In this document: positions 40,348-50,596 of the stretch, piece by piece | How positions within the stretch are numbered: position 1 is the stretch's first letter | Layout: each line of letters opens with the position of its first letter | Assembly: GCA_034520215.1 (NCBI GenBank) | Contig: JAXHNR010000002.1 | Coordinates: 78,060 to 142,059, forward strand | DNA from: Candidatus Krumholzibacteriota bacterium | GTDB taxonomy: Bacteria; Krumholzibacteriota; Krumholzibacteriia; Krumholzibacteriales; WJIX01 | DNA: 64,000 nt | Direction of reading: 5' to 3' | Program-made: the position numbers and the translations under genes | Notes under the pieces: model-generated | What the model was told of the DNA's origin: nothing | The model's input: only the letters and a program-made list of their open reading frames with translations | Database searches by the model: none

Positions 40348-40680
40348 ATGAAAGGAAACCTGAAGAATGAGACCAGCATTAAATTTTGGGGTATAAAAGC
40401 AGAAAACGCGCGGTGGCTCACAATTCACGGAATCACTATCGAAGTTGAAAATAAACTCGAAGGGTTAGCCGTGAGCGGCATATACACAGGCGCGGATAAT
40501 CTGAGCGGTTTTTCCGCGTCAGCAGTTAACTGTTTTTATAACCGGCAGACAGGCATCACCGCGGGTATCTTTAATTACGCGGAAAATCTATCCGGAGTAC
40601 AGATTGGCCTCTTAAATATAGCCCGGAATAATCCGGCCTGGGCGCGATATCTTCCCGTTTTTAACGCTCATATCGATTAG
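40348..40680 (+). CDS. Hypothetical repeat protein (NLSGxQIGLLN-type tandem motifs); possibly a fragment
   Basis: Repeated G..G..N...ENLSGVQIGLLN segments; no signal peptide; short. Confidence 0.35.
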   Translation: MKGNLKNETSIKFWGIKAENARWLTIHGITIEVENKLEGLAVSGIYTGADNLSGFSASAVNCFYNRQTGITAGIFNYAENLSGVQIGLLNIARNNPAWARYLPVFNAHID

Positions 40681-40899
40681 CGAAAATCTTTTTCTCTTTT
40701 CAAATCATTATTACTTGACAGATGCACCCAAAAGGCTTTCTTATAGAAGTTGCGGCATGCTCTGTCGCGGCATGTCCGGATTGAATTTTCAAGCGATCAG
40801 TTGTCTTTTCTGACTTTAAGGTCCGGGGCGGCCGAAAAAACTATAGAAACTTTCTTTTTTGCTTTTTCTCTTTAAATTTATAAGAGGAGATGAACGGTT

Positions 40900-41979
40900 A
40901 TGAAAAAAGACGAACTTAAAAAAATGACAAAGAAAGAGCTTATAGCCCTCGCCCGGTCAAAGAAGATCCGCGTTACAACGAGAATGCTGAAAGCTGATTT
41001 GATCGACACGATCTACAAAGCTATCAGGTCAGGTAAGCCGAAGAAAGCAGCCGGCGGCGAGCCTAAAAGAAAAAAGGGGCGATCCGGTAAGCGTCCCTCC
41101 GCTAAAAAAACAGCAAGGAAGAAAACGGAAAAAAGCGCCATTGACTCCGGTGACCGGACAATCAGGCAAAAAGCTGTTGCCGGAAAATATTTTCTGAAAA
41201 AAGATTCTGGCCCGGATTTAATAAAAAACGAGACTTCGAGCCTTCCGGAATACGATATTACACGTATTGTGTGTATGGTCCGGGATCCACACTGGATATT
41301 CGCATACTGGAAAATATCTTCAGAAGAATATAATACTCTGAAAAGGAAATTCGGCTCATCACTTAAAAACTTTAGAACTGTTCTCCGTGTATATGAGGAC
41401 TCCGAAGGCGGAAAGAAACATTTCGATATCGATATCCCGGGCGATTCAAACAACTGGTATATCAATGTATCTGAGAGGTGCAGATACAGAGTGGGGATAG
41501 GAATGATTTCGCCCGATGGAATCTACGAAGAAATAGCTCTTTCCGATACTGTCGAAACTCCGCCCGAAGGGGCAAGCAAATACAGCGATGAAAAATGGTT
41601 CGTGTCCGATGCCGCTTTCAATGAAATCATTTCAGCTTCCGGGGACTTGAAGGAAAAGACCGGCTCTGAAGAATATTTAAAGGCTGAAAAGAACTCCAGC
41701 ATAGACTCTGAAACTGTTTCATCGTTCAGCGGCACCGAAAAAGGCCGGGAAGAGGATCCGCGGCCGTCTATTAAAATGGAGCTCGTCGTTTACGGAGCCG
41801 CCGGGAAGAACTCCCGGATCAATCTTCTTGGGAAAGATATCGAACCTAACGAGGACGGTTCTTTCTCAATCCGCATGGCCCTTCCCGAGGGTGAATTCGA
41901 ACTTCCCGTAAAACTGGTTTCCTCAGACGGCAAATTGAAAAAAACAGTTAAAGCAAAGATTAAAACGGAAACCCCTTAA
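40900..41979 (+). CDS. Rho_N-like + K/R-rich linker + DUF4912-like protein
   Basis: N-term MTKKELIALARSKKIRVTT (Rho termination factor N-terminal-like), basic low-complexity linker, then DITRIVCMVRDPHWIFAYWKIS domain. Confidence 0.55.
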   Translation: MKKDELKKMTKKELIALARSKKIRVTTRMLKADLIDTIYKAIRSGKPKKAAGGEPKRKKGRSGKRPSAKKTARKKTEKSAIDSGDRTIRQKAVAGKYFLKKDSGPDLIKNETSSLPEYDITRIVCMVRDPHWIFAYWKISSEEYNTLKRKFGSSLKNFRTVLRVYEDSEGGKKHFDIDIPGDSNNWYINVSERCRYRVGIGMISPDGIYEEIALSDTVETPPEGASKYSDEKWFVSDAAFNEIISASGDLKEKTGSEEYLKAEKNSSIDSETVSSFSGTEKGREEDPRPSIKMELVVYGAAGKNSRINLLGKDIEPNEDGSFSIRMALPEGEFELPVKLVSSDGKLKKTVKAKIKTETP

Positions 41980-41995
41980 AGGAAACGGTTTTGAT

Positions 41996-43600
41996 ATGAC
42001 TAACGGTCACAAAGGTTATCTAAGTCTGGTATTACACGCCCATCTGCCATATGTGCGGCATCCGGAGCACGCACGTTTTCTCGAAGAAGACTGGTTCTAC
42101 GAAGCGCTCACAGAGACCTACATTCCGCTTCTTGATATGTTTAACAGGCTGAAGGATGAAGGCGTTGATTTCCGCTTCACAATATCGCTTACCCCAACAC
42201 TTCTGTCAATGTTGGCGGATCCCCTTCTGCAAAACAGATATATCCGTCATCTGGACAGCTTGATAGAGCTTACCCGAAAAGAAATGACCCGTACCAGGTG
42301 GATGCCGGACCTTCTCGCTCTGGCGCGAATGTATCACGACAACTTCATAAAATGCCGCGGTATCTTTGCCGAAAAATACCACAAAGATCTCATCTCCGCC
42401 TTCAGATTCTTTCAGAATGAAGGAAACCTGGAAATACTGACGTGCGGCGCCACCCACGCTTTCATGCCTCTTGTAAAAAACAGAAAAGCCGCGGATGCTC
42501 AGATTAGAATCGCCGTCGATCAGTATAAAAACTTCTTCGGAAAGAACCCCGCCGGAATCTGGCTGGCTGAATGCGGCTACACACCCGGGTTGGAAGAGAT
42601 TCTGAAAGCAAACGGAATAAAATACTTCTTTACCGATTCCCACGGCATACTAAACGGCGAGCCGAGACCACGCTACGGCGTGTTCGCTCCCGTGAGCTGC
42701 CCGAACGGCGTCGCCTTATTCGGCCGCGACAACGAATCTTCAAAACAGGTCTGGAGCGCCAAAGAAGGCTACCCGGGAGATTACCAGTACAGGGATTTCT
42801 ATAGAGATGTGGGGTTCGATCTGGATTACGATTATATTAAACCCTATCTTCACGGTGACGGCAACAGAATCAGCCTGGGTATAAAATATTACAGAATAAC
42901 CGGCAAAGGCGAAGAAAAACAGATTTACGACCCCTCTGCCGCCGCAGAAAAAGCCGCCCTTCACGCGGGCAACTTCATGTTCAACAGAGAAAAACAGATC
43001 GAGCATCTCGAAGGATTCCTCGGAACCAAACCGATAGTTGTTTCTCCATACGACGCTGAGCTTTTCGGTCACTGGTGGTATGAAGGCCCCTTGTGGCTGG
43101 AACATCTTATGAGAAAACTGCATTACGATCAGAACTCGATAGTTCCGGTAACTCCGAGCGAATACCTGCGGGCCCGATCTGAAATTCAGGTAGTAAAACC
43201 GTCTATGTCCTCCTGGGGGTACAAAGGGTATAATGAAGTGTGGCTGAACGGAAGTAATGACTGGGTATATCCCCATCTGCACATCATGGAAGACAGAATG
43301 GTTGAGCTCGCCGGCAGATTTCCCTCAGCCTCCGGACTGCCCGAAAGGGCGCTTAATCAAGCCGCGCGCGAGCTACTTCTCGCCCAAAGCAGCGACTGGG
43401 CTTTCATAATGAAAACGGGAACAATGGTAGAGTACGCCCACAGCAGGACGAAAAGCCATATATCCCGCTTCGACAGATTATACCATTCCATTCTTTCTTC
43501 CCGTATAAATGAATCGTGGCTCAAAGAAATAGAAAGACGGGACAACATATTCCCCAACATTGATTACAAGGTTTACTCATCAACCGAGAATCAGTCATGA
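41996..43600 (+). CDS. Glycoside hydrolase family 57 protein (GH57 1,4-alpha-glucan branching-enzyme type)
   Basis: GH57 hallmark YLSLVLHAHLPYVRHPE; 534 aa typical of GH57 GlgB-like enzymes; 4-bp overlap with next GH57 gene. Confidence 0.75.
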   Translation: MTNGHKGYLSLVLHAHLPYVRHPEHARFLEEDWFYEALTETYIPLLDMFNRLKDEGVDFRFTISLTPTLLSMLADPLLQNRYIRHLDSLIELTRKEMTRTRWMPDLLALARMYHDNFIKCRGIFAEKYHKDLISAFRFFQNEGNLEILTCGATHAFMPLVKNRKAADAQIRIAVDQYKNFFGKNPAGIWLAECGYTPGLEEILKANGIKYFFTDSHGILNGEPRPRYGVFAPVSCPNGVALFGRDNESSKQVWSAKEGYPGDYQYRDFYRDVGFDLDYDYIKPYLHGDGNRISLGIKYYRITGKGEEKQIYDPSAAAEKAALHAGNFMFNREKQIEHLEGFLGTKPIVVSPYDAELFGHWWYEGPLWLEHLMRKLHYDQNSIVPVTPSEYLRARSEIQVVKPSMSSWGYKGYNEVWLNGSNDWVYPHLHIMEDRMVELAGRFPSASGLPERALNQAARELLLAQSSDWAFIMKTGTMVEYAHSRTKSHISRFDRLYHSILSSRINESWLKEIERRDNIFPNIDYKVYSSTENQS

Positions 43601-46101
43601 AGGAAAAGATTGATAAAAAACACCTGATTATTCACGGACACTTTTATCAGCCCCCCAGAGAGAACCCATGGACACAAAGAATAGACAGGCAGGAGAGCGC
43701 CGCTCCTTACCATGACTGGAATGAGAGAATAACCCGTGAGTGCTATCTTCCGAATTCCTGTTCCAGGCGTCTCGACGGATTCGGCAGGATAGAAACTCTC
43801 GTAAACAATTACACCCGCTTAAATTTCAATTTCGGCCCGACCCTCTTCAGATGGCTCGAGAAGCACCACCCCTCCCTCCATAAAGAGATCATCAGAGCTG
43901 ACAGAGCCGGCGCGGAACTGAATAAGGGACACGGCAACGCTATCGCTCAGGTTTATAACCACATAATCATGCCCCTTGCCTCAAAGAGGGATAAGGAAAC
44001 ACAAATACGCTGGGGGGTCAATGACTTTAAGCGATGTTTCGGACGGGAACCGGAAGGTATCTGGCTTGCCGAAACAGCCGTCAACCAAGAGACGCTTGAC
44101 ATTCTGATCGACTGGGGGTTCCGCTTTATCATACTTTCCCCCCACCAGGCGAAGAGCTTCCGCCCGCTCGGGGGAAAAGGGAAATGGAAAGATGTAACAG
44201 GCGGCACTATCCCCACGGGTTTCGTTTACCGCTGCCGCGGCGGCAGTGCTGAAGCCGGCAATAACTATATCGACATATTCTTTTACGACGAAAGGCTGTC
44301 ACAGGATATCAGCTTTAATCACCTGCTCAGGGACGGCGACCGTTTTGCCGAATCTATCGCTTCATCATACCGGCGCGGCGGAAACGACCTTGTTGCAATA
44401 GCAACCGACGGTGAAATTTACGGTCATCACGAACCCTTCGCGGATATGGCCCTCGCTCATCTTTTTGAAAGCGCAGCGGAAAAACATAATTTGACAATTA
44501 CAAATTTCGGCGCCTACCTCGACACGCACGAACCGGAGTTCGAAGTAAAACTTAAAAAAGGGGGAAACAATCTGGGAACAGCGTGGTCGTGCTCGCACGG
44601 ATTAGGCCGGTGGAAAGAAGACTGCGGCTGCAATGTGAACGCGCCCGAAGGGTGGAATCAAAAATGGAGAAAGCCTCTGAGGAACTCCCTTAATATTCTA
44701 AGAGACCGCCTCGCGAAGATATTCGATGCCGAGGGGGGCAGACTGCTCGAGGACCCGTGGAAGGCCCGCGACGATTATATCTTTGTTATGAACAGCGGCA
44801 GCACGGACGAGGTAAACTCTTTTCTCGCCGAACATTCAATAAAACCCCTTTCCCGGGAAGAAAAAATCATAGTTTTGAATATGCTCGAATCCCAGAGGAA
44901 CGCCTTGTTTATGTTTACCTCATGCGGGTGGTTTTTCAACGACATCTCCGGACTGGAATCCGTTCAGCTTATTAAATACGCCGCCCGCGCCATTGAGCTC
45001 GCGGGAGAGGAATACAGCGGGGGGCTGGAAGAAGAATTTCTTGCCGAATTACAGAAGGCCGAAAGCAATCGTGAAGATGTCGGAAACGGAGCTGAAATAT
45101 ACAGATCCAACAAGAAATTTTCATCAATCACCCCGTCCTTCATCGCCGGACAATACGCCTTATCCTCTCATCTTTCATGTCCAGAGGCTTCTCCCGAGAT
45201 GTTCGGCTGGTCTTTCAACAAGCTCGATTCATACTCTAAGGAATCGGGCGGAGGAATGATCTACTGCGGGCTGCTTGAAATTGAACCGCCTTTGATACCG
45301 GAACTTTTCACGTTCGGGTATCTTCTTATGATGGAAGAAGAAATTCAAGTTATCTGCCTTACCAGAGAATTTGAGGATTACGGAGAATTCGAAAAAATTA
45401 AAAAGAAAATCTCGGCTCTTCCTTCCGGAAGTAAAAGGAAGGATGTTCTGAAGTTTTCCGTTGATCATTTCGGGGGTCACGTTCTCTCAATCAGAGATCT
45501 ATTCCCCGAAGACAGAGACGCCATCCTCACGTCTATAACCGACAACAAACTCGAATCTCTCGAAGGCCTTCTTAAGGATATTTATCTTAAAAACAGAGAG
45601 TTCCTCCGACTCCTCAGCGAGTCATCCCTTACTCCTCCCGAGAGCATCCTCGTTCCCTCCCGCGTGTATCTCGAAAGGAAACTTTCTTTTGAACTTAGAA
45701 ACTGGCAGAAATCACTCCGGCCCGCTGGGATAGAAGGTATAAGAAAAATAATATCGGATGCTTCCTATTACGGAATCGATATAGACAAAAGCTCCGTTTC
45801 TGAGCTGTTTTCCGTCTTCTTGCTGGAAAATATCAAGAGGCAGAAGGAAAAACTTATTGCCGAAGAATCAGAGGCGATGATTCAGTTTGTCAATTTCTGC
45901 GGCGATATAGATATTGAAATCAAAACGGGGATGATTCAGAACCATATATTCACTATCTTAAATTCTACCTTCAAAGAGGAAGCGGAAAAACTCCCGCCCC
46001 GCTCAAAGAGAAGCGGAAATGAAGTGAAGCCGGTTCTTGAATTTCTCAATCTGGCCGAAAGATTCAACTTTAACATCAGCGCCTGGAAAGAACTCCTTTA
46101 G
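43597..46101 (+). CDS. GH57-family glycoside hydrolase with long C-terminal extension (DUF3536-like)
   Basis: N-terminal LIIHGHFYQPPRENPW GH57 catalytic motif; 834 aa. Confidence 0.7.
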   Translation: MKEKIDKKHLIIHGHFYQPPRENPWTQRIDRQESAAPYHDWNERITRECYLPNSCSRRLDGFGRIETLVNNYTRLNFNFGPTLFRWLEKHHPSLHKEIIRADRAGAELNKGHGNAIAQVYNHIIMPLASKRDKETQIRWGVNDFKRCFGREPEGIWLAETAVNQETLDILIDWGFRFIILSPHQAKSFRPLGGKGKWKDVTGGTIPTGFVYRCRGGSAEAGNNYIDIFFYDERLSQDISFNHLLRDGDRFAESIASSYRRGGNDLVAIATDGEIYGHHEPFADMALAHLFESAAEKHNLTITNFGAYLDTHEPEFEVKLKKGGNNLGTAWSCSHGLGRWKEDCGCNVNAPEGWNQKWRKPLRNSLNILRDRLAKIFDAEGGRLLEDPWKARDDYIFVMNSGSTDEVNSFLAEHSIKPLSREEKIIVLNMLESQRNALFMFTSCGWFFNDISGLESVQLIKYAARAIELAGEEYSGGLEEEFLAELQKAESNREDVGNGAEIYRSNKKFSSITPSFIAGQYALSSHLSCPEASPEMFGWSFNKLDSYSKESGGGMIYCGLLEIEPPLIPELFTFGYLLMMEEEIQVICLTREFEDYGEFEKIKKKISALPSGSKRKDVLKFSVDHFGGHVLSIRDLFPEDRDAILTSITDNKLESLEGLLKDIYLKNREFLRLLSESSLTPPESILVPSRVYLERKLSFELRNWQKSLRPAGIEGIRKIISDASYYGIDIDKSSVSELFSVFLLENIKRQKEKLIAEESEAMIQFVNFCGDIDIEIKTGMIQNHIFTILNSTFKEEAEKLPPRSKRSGNEVKPVLEFLNLAERFNFNISAWKELL

Positions 46102-46136
46102 CGTACAGCTCACTTTTATTATAATATATCCTGCCT

Positions 46137-48176
46137 TTGCTCTTATTGAATCCGATTCAATTCGGGGGGTTTGCGGTGAATACCGAGGAAGCTAAAAAGA
46201 GGATAGATGAACTCAGCGATAGAATCAATAAATACGACTACCTATATTATATAAAAAACGATCCTGAAATCGCTGATGAGAATTACGATGAGTTGAGAAG
46301 GGAACTTATCAAACTTGAACGGTTATACCCGCGGCTGAAGAATCCCGATTCTCCAAGTCAGCGTGTCGGGGCTCCTCCGGTTGATAAATTTGATTCAATA
46401 AACCATATCAGACCGATGCTGAGTCTGGCATCCACGACAAGCCAAGAGGAAATAAGAGAATTCGATTCCAGAATGAAACGTCTCGCCGGAAAGAAAAGGA
46501 TCAAGTACACGGCTGAACCCAAGTTCGACGGGCTCTCGATTGAACTTGTATATGAAAACGGACTGCTCTCTAAGGGCTCTACCAGGGGAGACGGAAGAAC
46601 CGGAGAGGATATCAGTGTAAATATCAAGACGATCTCCTCGGTCCCCTTAAAATTGAGAGTTTCCGCTGCTGTTTCTGTGGTTTCCGTAAGGGGAGAAGCA
46701 ATAATGCTCCTTGAAGATTTTCAAAAACTTAACGGAAGAATGATCGAAGCGGGGGCATCCCCGTTTGCCAATCCCAGAAACGCCGCCGCCGGATCTCTCC
46801 GTCAGCTTGATTCTAAAGTTACGGCCGGGCGGCCCCTCACATTTTACGGTTATGAAATTATGTATATGGAAGGAGAAAGCGCTCCCGCCTCACACACAAA
46901 AGAGCTGGAACTTCTGGAAGAATGGGGATTCAAGGTATATTCCGAATACAGGTTATGCGAAAATATCGACGCTGCCATTGATTTTCACTCCACGCTGTCA
47001 AAAAAGAGAGACACCCTTCCCTTCGAAATAGACGGAGTCGTAATAAAGGTCAACTCTAAAGAGCTCACCGAAAGCGCCGGGGCGCGCTCAAGGTCTCCCC
47101 GCTGGGCGATAGCCCTCAAGTTCAAACCGCGCAGGGAGATAACCACAGTTGAAGATATTGTGGTGCAGGTAGGGAGAACCGGCAAGCTGACCCCCGTCGC
47201 CCTTCTCAAACCTGTCGACGTAAGCGGCGTAACGGTAAGCCGGGCGACACTTCACAATGCCGACGAGGTGGCGAAAAAGGATATCCGCATCGGCGACACA
47301 GTTAGAATCGAAAGAGCGGGAGACGTTATCCCCGCCGTTGTCGAGAGAATAAAAACGGGCAAATCAAGAGGGCCCAAGTTCAGCATGCCCGCGGAATGCC
47401 CCGTCTGCGGTTCTTCAATTATCCGGGAGGGAGCCTATCACTTCTGCTCCGGAGAGCTTTCCTGTCCTTCACAGCTCAAACGGAGTATTACTCACTTCGC
47501 TTCGAGGGGAGGTATGGATATCGAACATCTCGGGAAAAAGACCGCTGAACTGATGGTCGAAAAGGGGATTCTAAGCTCCGTGGATGAAATATTCCGGCTC
47601 GATTATGAAACGGTAATGACATTGGAAGGATTCGCCGAAAAATCCGCCCGCAACCTGCTGAATGCTATTGAAGAATCCAAGGAAATATCTCTTTCCCGCT
47701 TTATCTTCGCCCTTGGAATACGAGGTGTGGGAGAACACGCGGCCCGGCTTCTCGCGCGGCACTTTGGATCTTTAGAAAGACTCGAAGAGGCTTCCCGCGA
47801 AGATCTTTTAGAAATAGACGAGATAGGCCCCGGCGCGGCGGGAAATATCAGAAGGTTCTTAAGCGATGAAAAGAAGAAAAAAATAATTAAATCTCTTCTC
47901 TCTTCGGGAGTAACTCCCTTTATAGAAAGGGAAAAGGATTCCTCTGTATTCAGCGGCTATACCTTTGTGTTCACAGGCGCCCTTGAAAGATTTACGAGAG
48001 ATCAGGCAAAAGAGCTGGTTGTCTCTCTCGGAGGAAGAGTCTCTTCAAGCGTCAGCGGAAAAACAGACTATCTAGTCGCGGGCGGCGCGCCCGGTTCAAA
48101 ATACGAAAAAGCTGTAAAACTCGGTGTTCCTATCATTTCTGAAGACGAATTCGAAAAGCTCTCAAGGGGAGTTTAG
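46137..48176 (+). CDS. ligA: NAD-dependent DNA ligase LigA
   Basis: Adenylation KxDG motif (EPKFDGLSIEL), Zn finger CPVCGS...FC, HhH and C-terminal BRCT; 679 aa. Confidence 0.9.
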   Translation: MLLLNPIQFGGFAVNTEEAKKRIDELSDRINKYDYLYYIKNDPEIADENYDELRRELIKLERLYPRLKNPDSPSQRVGAPPVDKFDSINHIRPMLSLASTTSQEEIREFDSRMKRLAGKKRIKYTAEPKFDGLSIELVYENGLLSKGSTRGDGRTGEDISVNIKTISSVPLKLRVSAAVSVVSVRGEAIMLLEDFQKLNGRMIEAGASPFANPRNAAAGSLRQLDSKVTAGRPLTFYGYEIMYMEGESAPASHTKELELLEEWGFKVYSEYRLCENIDAAIDFHSTLSKKRDTLPFEIDGVVIKVNSKELTESAGARSRSPRWAIALKFKPRREITTVEDIVVQVGRTGKLTPVALLKPVDVSGVTVSRATLHNADEVAKKDIRIGDTVRIERAGDVIPAVVERIKTGKSRGPKFSMPAECPVCGSSIIREGAYHFCSGELSCPSQLKRSITHFASRGGMDIEHLGKKTAELMVEKGILSSVDEIFRLDYETVMTLEGFAEKSARNLLNAIEESKEISLSRFIFALGIRGVGEHAARLLARHFGSLERLEEASREDLLEIDEIGPGAAGNIRRFLSDEKKKKIIKSLLSSGVTPFIEREKDSSVFSGYTFVFTGALERFTRDQAKELVVSLGGRVSSSVSGKTDYLVAGGAPGSKYEKAVKLGVPIISEDEFEKLSRGV

Positions 48177-48231
48177 CGGCTGGAAAGAAGATTAAAAGTT
48201 CCGCGTAATACTCAATTCATATTGATGATCT

Positions 48232-49116
48232 CTATTCACCGTCTTTATAGATACTCTTTATTCTGCCCCAGCTTGTCTTTTCAGCGGCTGAGGAGCCGTC
48301 CCACCCGGCAATGAGCGCCGCCATCCACCAGACCGCTCTGCCCTTCTGCTTGCAGCTTTCTATTGTCGTGTGCGCCGCTTCATCGCCGTTAAACTGTTCA
48401 TGCTCAACCGGCACGGAAGTCCCGTCGTAATCGTACGTATTCTGCTCCCACGACTCTGCCACAGGATTATACCACCAGGCGTCGAGATCGGCGAAGTCGT
48501 ATAGAACCCTGTTATTATCCAGGCAATGCTGTCTTATCTCTTGATTCCTGAGATATCTGTTGTATCCCTCTGCTCCCGTATACTGGGCATTGCCTGTCAT
48601 GTAAACGAATGTAACGCCCGGATATTCCGCTTCTAGCACACTTATCGAGTCAAGGTATGCCCGCGTCTGCTCCTGCGAATAGCCATTAAGCTCGGTGCAC
48701 CACGACCACATCGAAACGTTTATTTCCGGGTTGGCGTCAAGAACCGCTCTGGTCTTGTCCATCCCGCTTGCTGTGCTCCAGTATTCGTAAGTTGAGATAT
48801 ATGTGTCGCTGATCTGCCCGCCGTAAATGCAGAAAGCGCCCTCTTCTGTCGGCAGGGTATTATCTCCTCTCGCCACGCTGTACTTAGAATCGCCGGTTTC
48901 TATATAACTAAGCCCGGTTACAAGCTGACCCCCGTGAGAGGTGTGAGCGTAGTGAAGTTTTATAACCGCTTGAACAGAATCTATCCAGGCATCGGGGATA
49001 TCTGAAATTCCCTCGCATGTATGATCTATTATTACAGGTTCACCGCTCTGCCGAGCGTAAGATATATCCGCCGACACTAACCAGAAAAATGAAAGAACTA
49101 TTATGAGTTTTCTCAA
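48232..49116 (-). CDS. Secreted hypothetical protein
   Basis: Signal peptide MRKLIIVLSFFWLVSADISYA; no motif recognised. Confidence 0.45.
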   Translation of the reverse strand: MRKLIIVLSFFWLVSADISYARQSGEPVIIDHTCEGISDIPDAWIDSVQAVIKLHYAHTSHGGQLVTGLSYIETGDSKYSVARGDNTLPTEEGAFCIYGGQISDTYISTYEYWSTASGMDKTRAVLDANPEINVSMWSWCTELNGYSQEQTRAYLDSISVLEAEYPGVTFVYMTGNAQYTGAEGYNRYLRNQEIRQHCLDNNRVLYDFADLDAWWYNPVAESWEQNTYDYDGTSVPVEHEQFNGDEAAHTTIESCKQKGRAVWWMAALIAGWDGSSAAEKTSWGRIKSIYKDGE

Positions 49117-49381
49117 ATCTTCCCCCTAAGTATATTCCTACTGTTTATATCATAACTGAATAATTATACGGGACATCTGAAGTTCTATCACTTCCCCTTA
49201 TGGCCCTCTATTTTAACCATTATACACCATTTTCCCCCCAGTTTCAATAATTAGATTATTTGCCCCATATCAGCGGTCCTTATCTGAAAAAAGTGTTGTT
49301 ATAGAATGCTGTATTGGTATATTTAAAGAAACAAATTCATAGAGTTTAACTTATTTTTTTAAATAAGCCTGGAGAGTCAAA

Positions 49382-50494
49382 ATGATTATAGGTGTACCAA
49401 AGGAGATTAAAGAGGATGAATACCGCGTTGCTCTTATCCCCGTCGGCGCGGAAACCCTTGTAAAAAACGGCCATAAGGTTCTCGTGCAGAAAGGGGCGGG
49501 AAAAGGGAGCGGCTTTGAAGACAAGGAATACCGTGAAGCCGGCGCGGCAATAGTCGCCAAAGCTGCTGATATCTTCCGCCGCAGCGACATGATCATAAAG
49601 GTAAAGGAACCTCAGCCCGTTGAGATCAAAAAGTGCCGTAAAAACCAGATTATATTTACCTACTTCCATTTCGCCGCCAGCCGCTCACTTACCGAAGGCA
49701 TGGCACGGAGCGGAGCAACGTGTATAGCGTACGAGACAATGGCGGATGAAGACGGTTCACTGCCTCTTTTGATACCTATGAGCGAAGTGGCGGGAAGGAT
49801 GGCCGTGCAGGAAGGCGCGAAATACCTCGAACGTCCCATGGAGGGAACCGGTCTTCTTCTCGGCGGAGTGCCGGGGGTTGAACCCGCCAAGGTTGCCATA
49901 ATCGGCGGAGGTATAGTCGGGGCAAACGCCGCGAAAATGGCCGCCGGGCTGGGAGCGAAAGTGACAATCCTCGACATCGATCTCGAGAGATTGCGCTATC
50001 TCAGCGACGTCCTGCCGGCTAATGTAACTACGTTAATGTCCAATCCGGAAAATATCCGCAGATCGGTAGCTGAATCGAATCTCGTAATAGGAGCTGTTCT
50101 TATAAGGGGAGCAAAAGCCCCGCGTCTGGTTACGAAGAAAATGCTCAAGTCTATGAAAAAGGGTTCCGTCATTGTGGATGTCGCTGTTGATCAGGGCGGC
50201 TGTATAGAAACCATTAAGCCCACAACACACACCAACCCGACTTATATCATTAACGGCGTAGTCCACTACGGCGTCGCAAATATGCCGGGAGCTGTCGCGA
50301 GAACCTCAACATACGCTCTTACAAACGCCACTCTTCCTTTCGCCGTCAAGATCGCAAACGACGGCTTTGAAAAGGCGGCAAAGAAGAGCGGAATTATATG
50401 GACGGGTGTAAATATACTAAACGGCAGCATTACCGACAGAGCGGTAGCTAAAGCCTTCAGGAAGAAATACACACCGCTTGAAGAACTTCTGTAG
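49382..50494 (+). CDS. ald: Alanine dehydrogenase
   Basis: N-term MIIGVPKEIKEDEYRVALIP, NAD-binding VAIIGGGIVGANAA, 370 aa. Confidence 0.9.
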   Translation: MIIGVPKEIKEDEYRVALIPVGAETLVKNGHKVLVQKGAGKGSGFEDKEYREAGAAIVAKAADIFRRSDMIIKVKEPQPVEIKKCRKNQIIFTYFHFAASRSLTEGMARSGATCIAYETMADEDGSLPLLIPMSEVAGRMAVQEGAKYLERPMEGTGLLLGGVPGVEPAKVAIIGGGIVGANAAKMAAGLGAKVTILDIDLERLRYLSDVLPANVTTLMSNPENIRRSVAESNLVIGAVLIRGAKAPRLVTKKMLKSMKKGSVIVDVAVDQGGCIETIKPTTHTNPTYIINGVVHYGVANMPGAVARTSTYALTNATLPFAVKIANDGFEKAAKKSGIIWTGVNILNGSITDRAVAKAFRKKYTPLEELL

Positions 50495-50530
50495 CGCACA
50501 TTTTGCCGATACAAAATAGAAGAATAATTA

Positions 50531-50570
50531 AAGGTCTTCCGAATGAAACGGAAGACCTTTAATTTATATT
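50531..50570. terminator. Bidirectional rho-independent terminator between convergent ald and acyl-CoA synthetase genes
   Basis: Perfect 12-bp stem AAAGGTCTTCCG / CGGAAGACCTTT with 7-nt loop AATGAAA; T-rich AATTTATATT on + side, A/T-rich on - side. Confidence 0.7.
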
Positions 50571-50596
50571 CACTCTATAAGCCAAGAAACAGGAAA

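Noticed and set aside
49346-50514. Minus-strand ORFs 49346..49669, 49660..49977, 50266..50514
   Set aside because: Antisense shadows of the well-supported alanine dehydrogenase gene.
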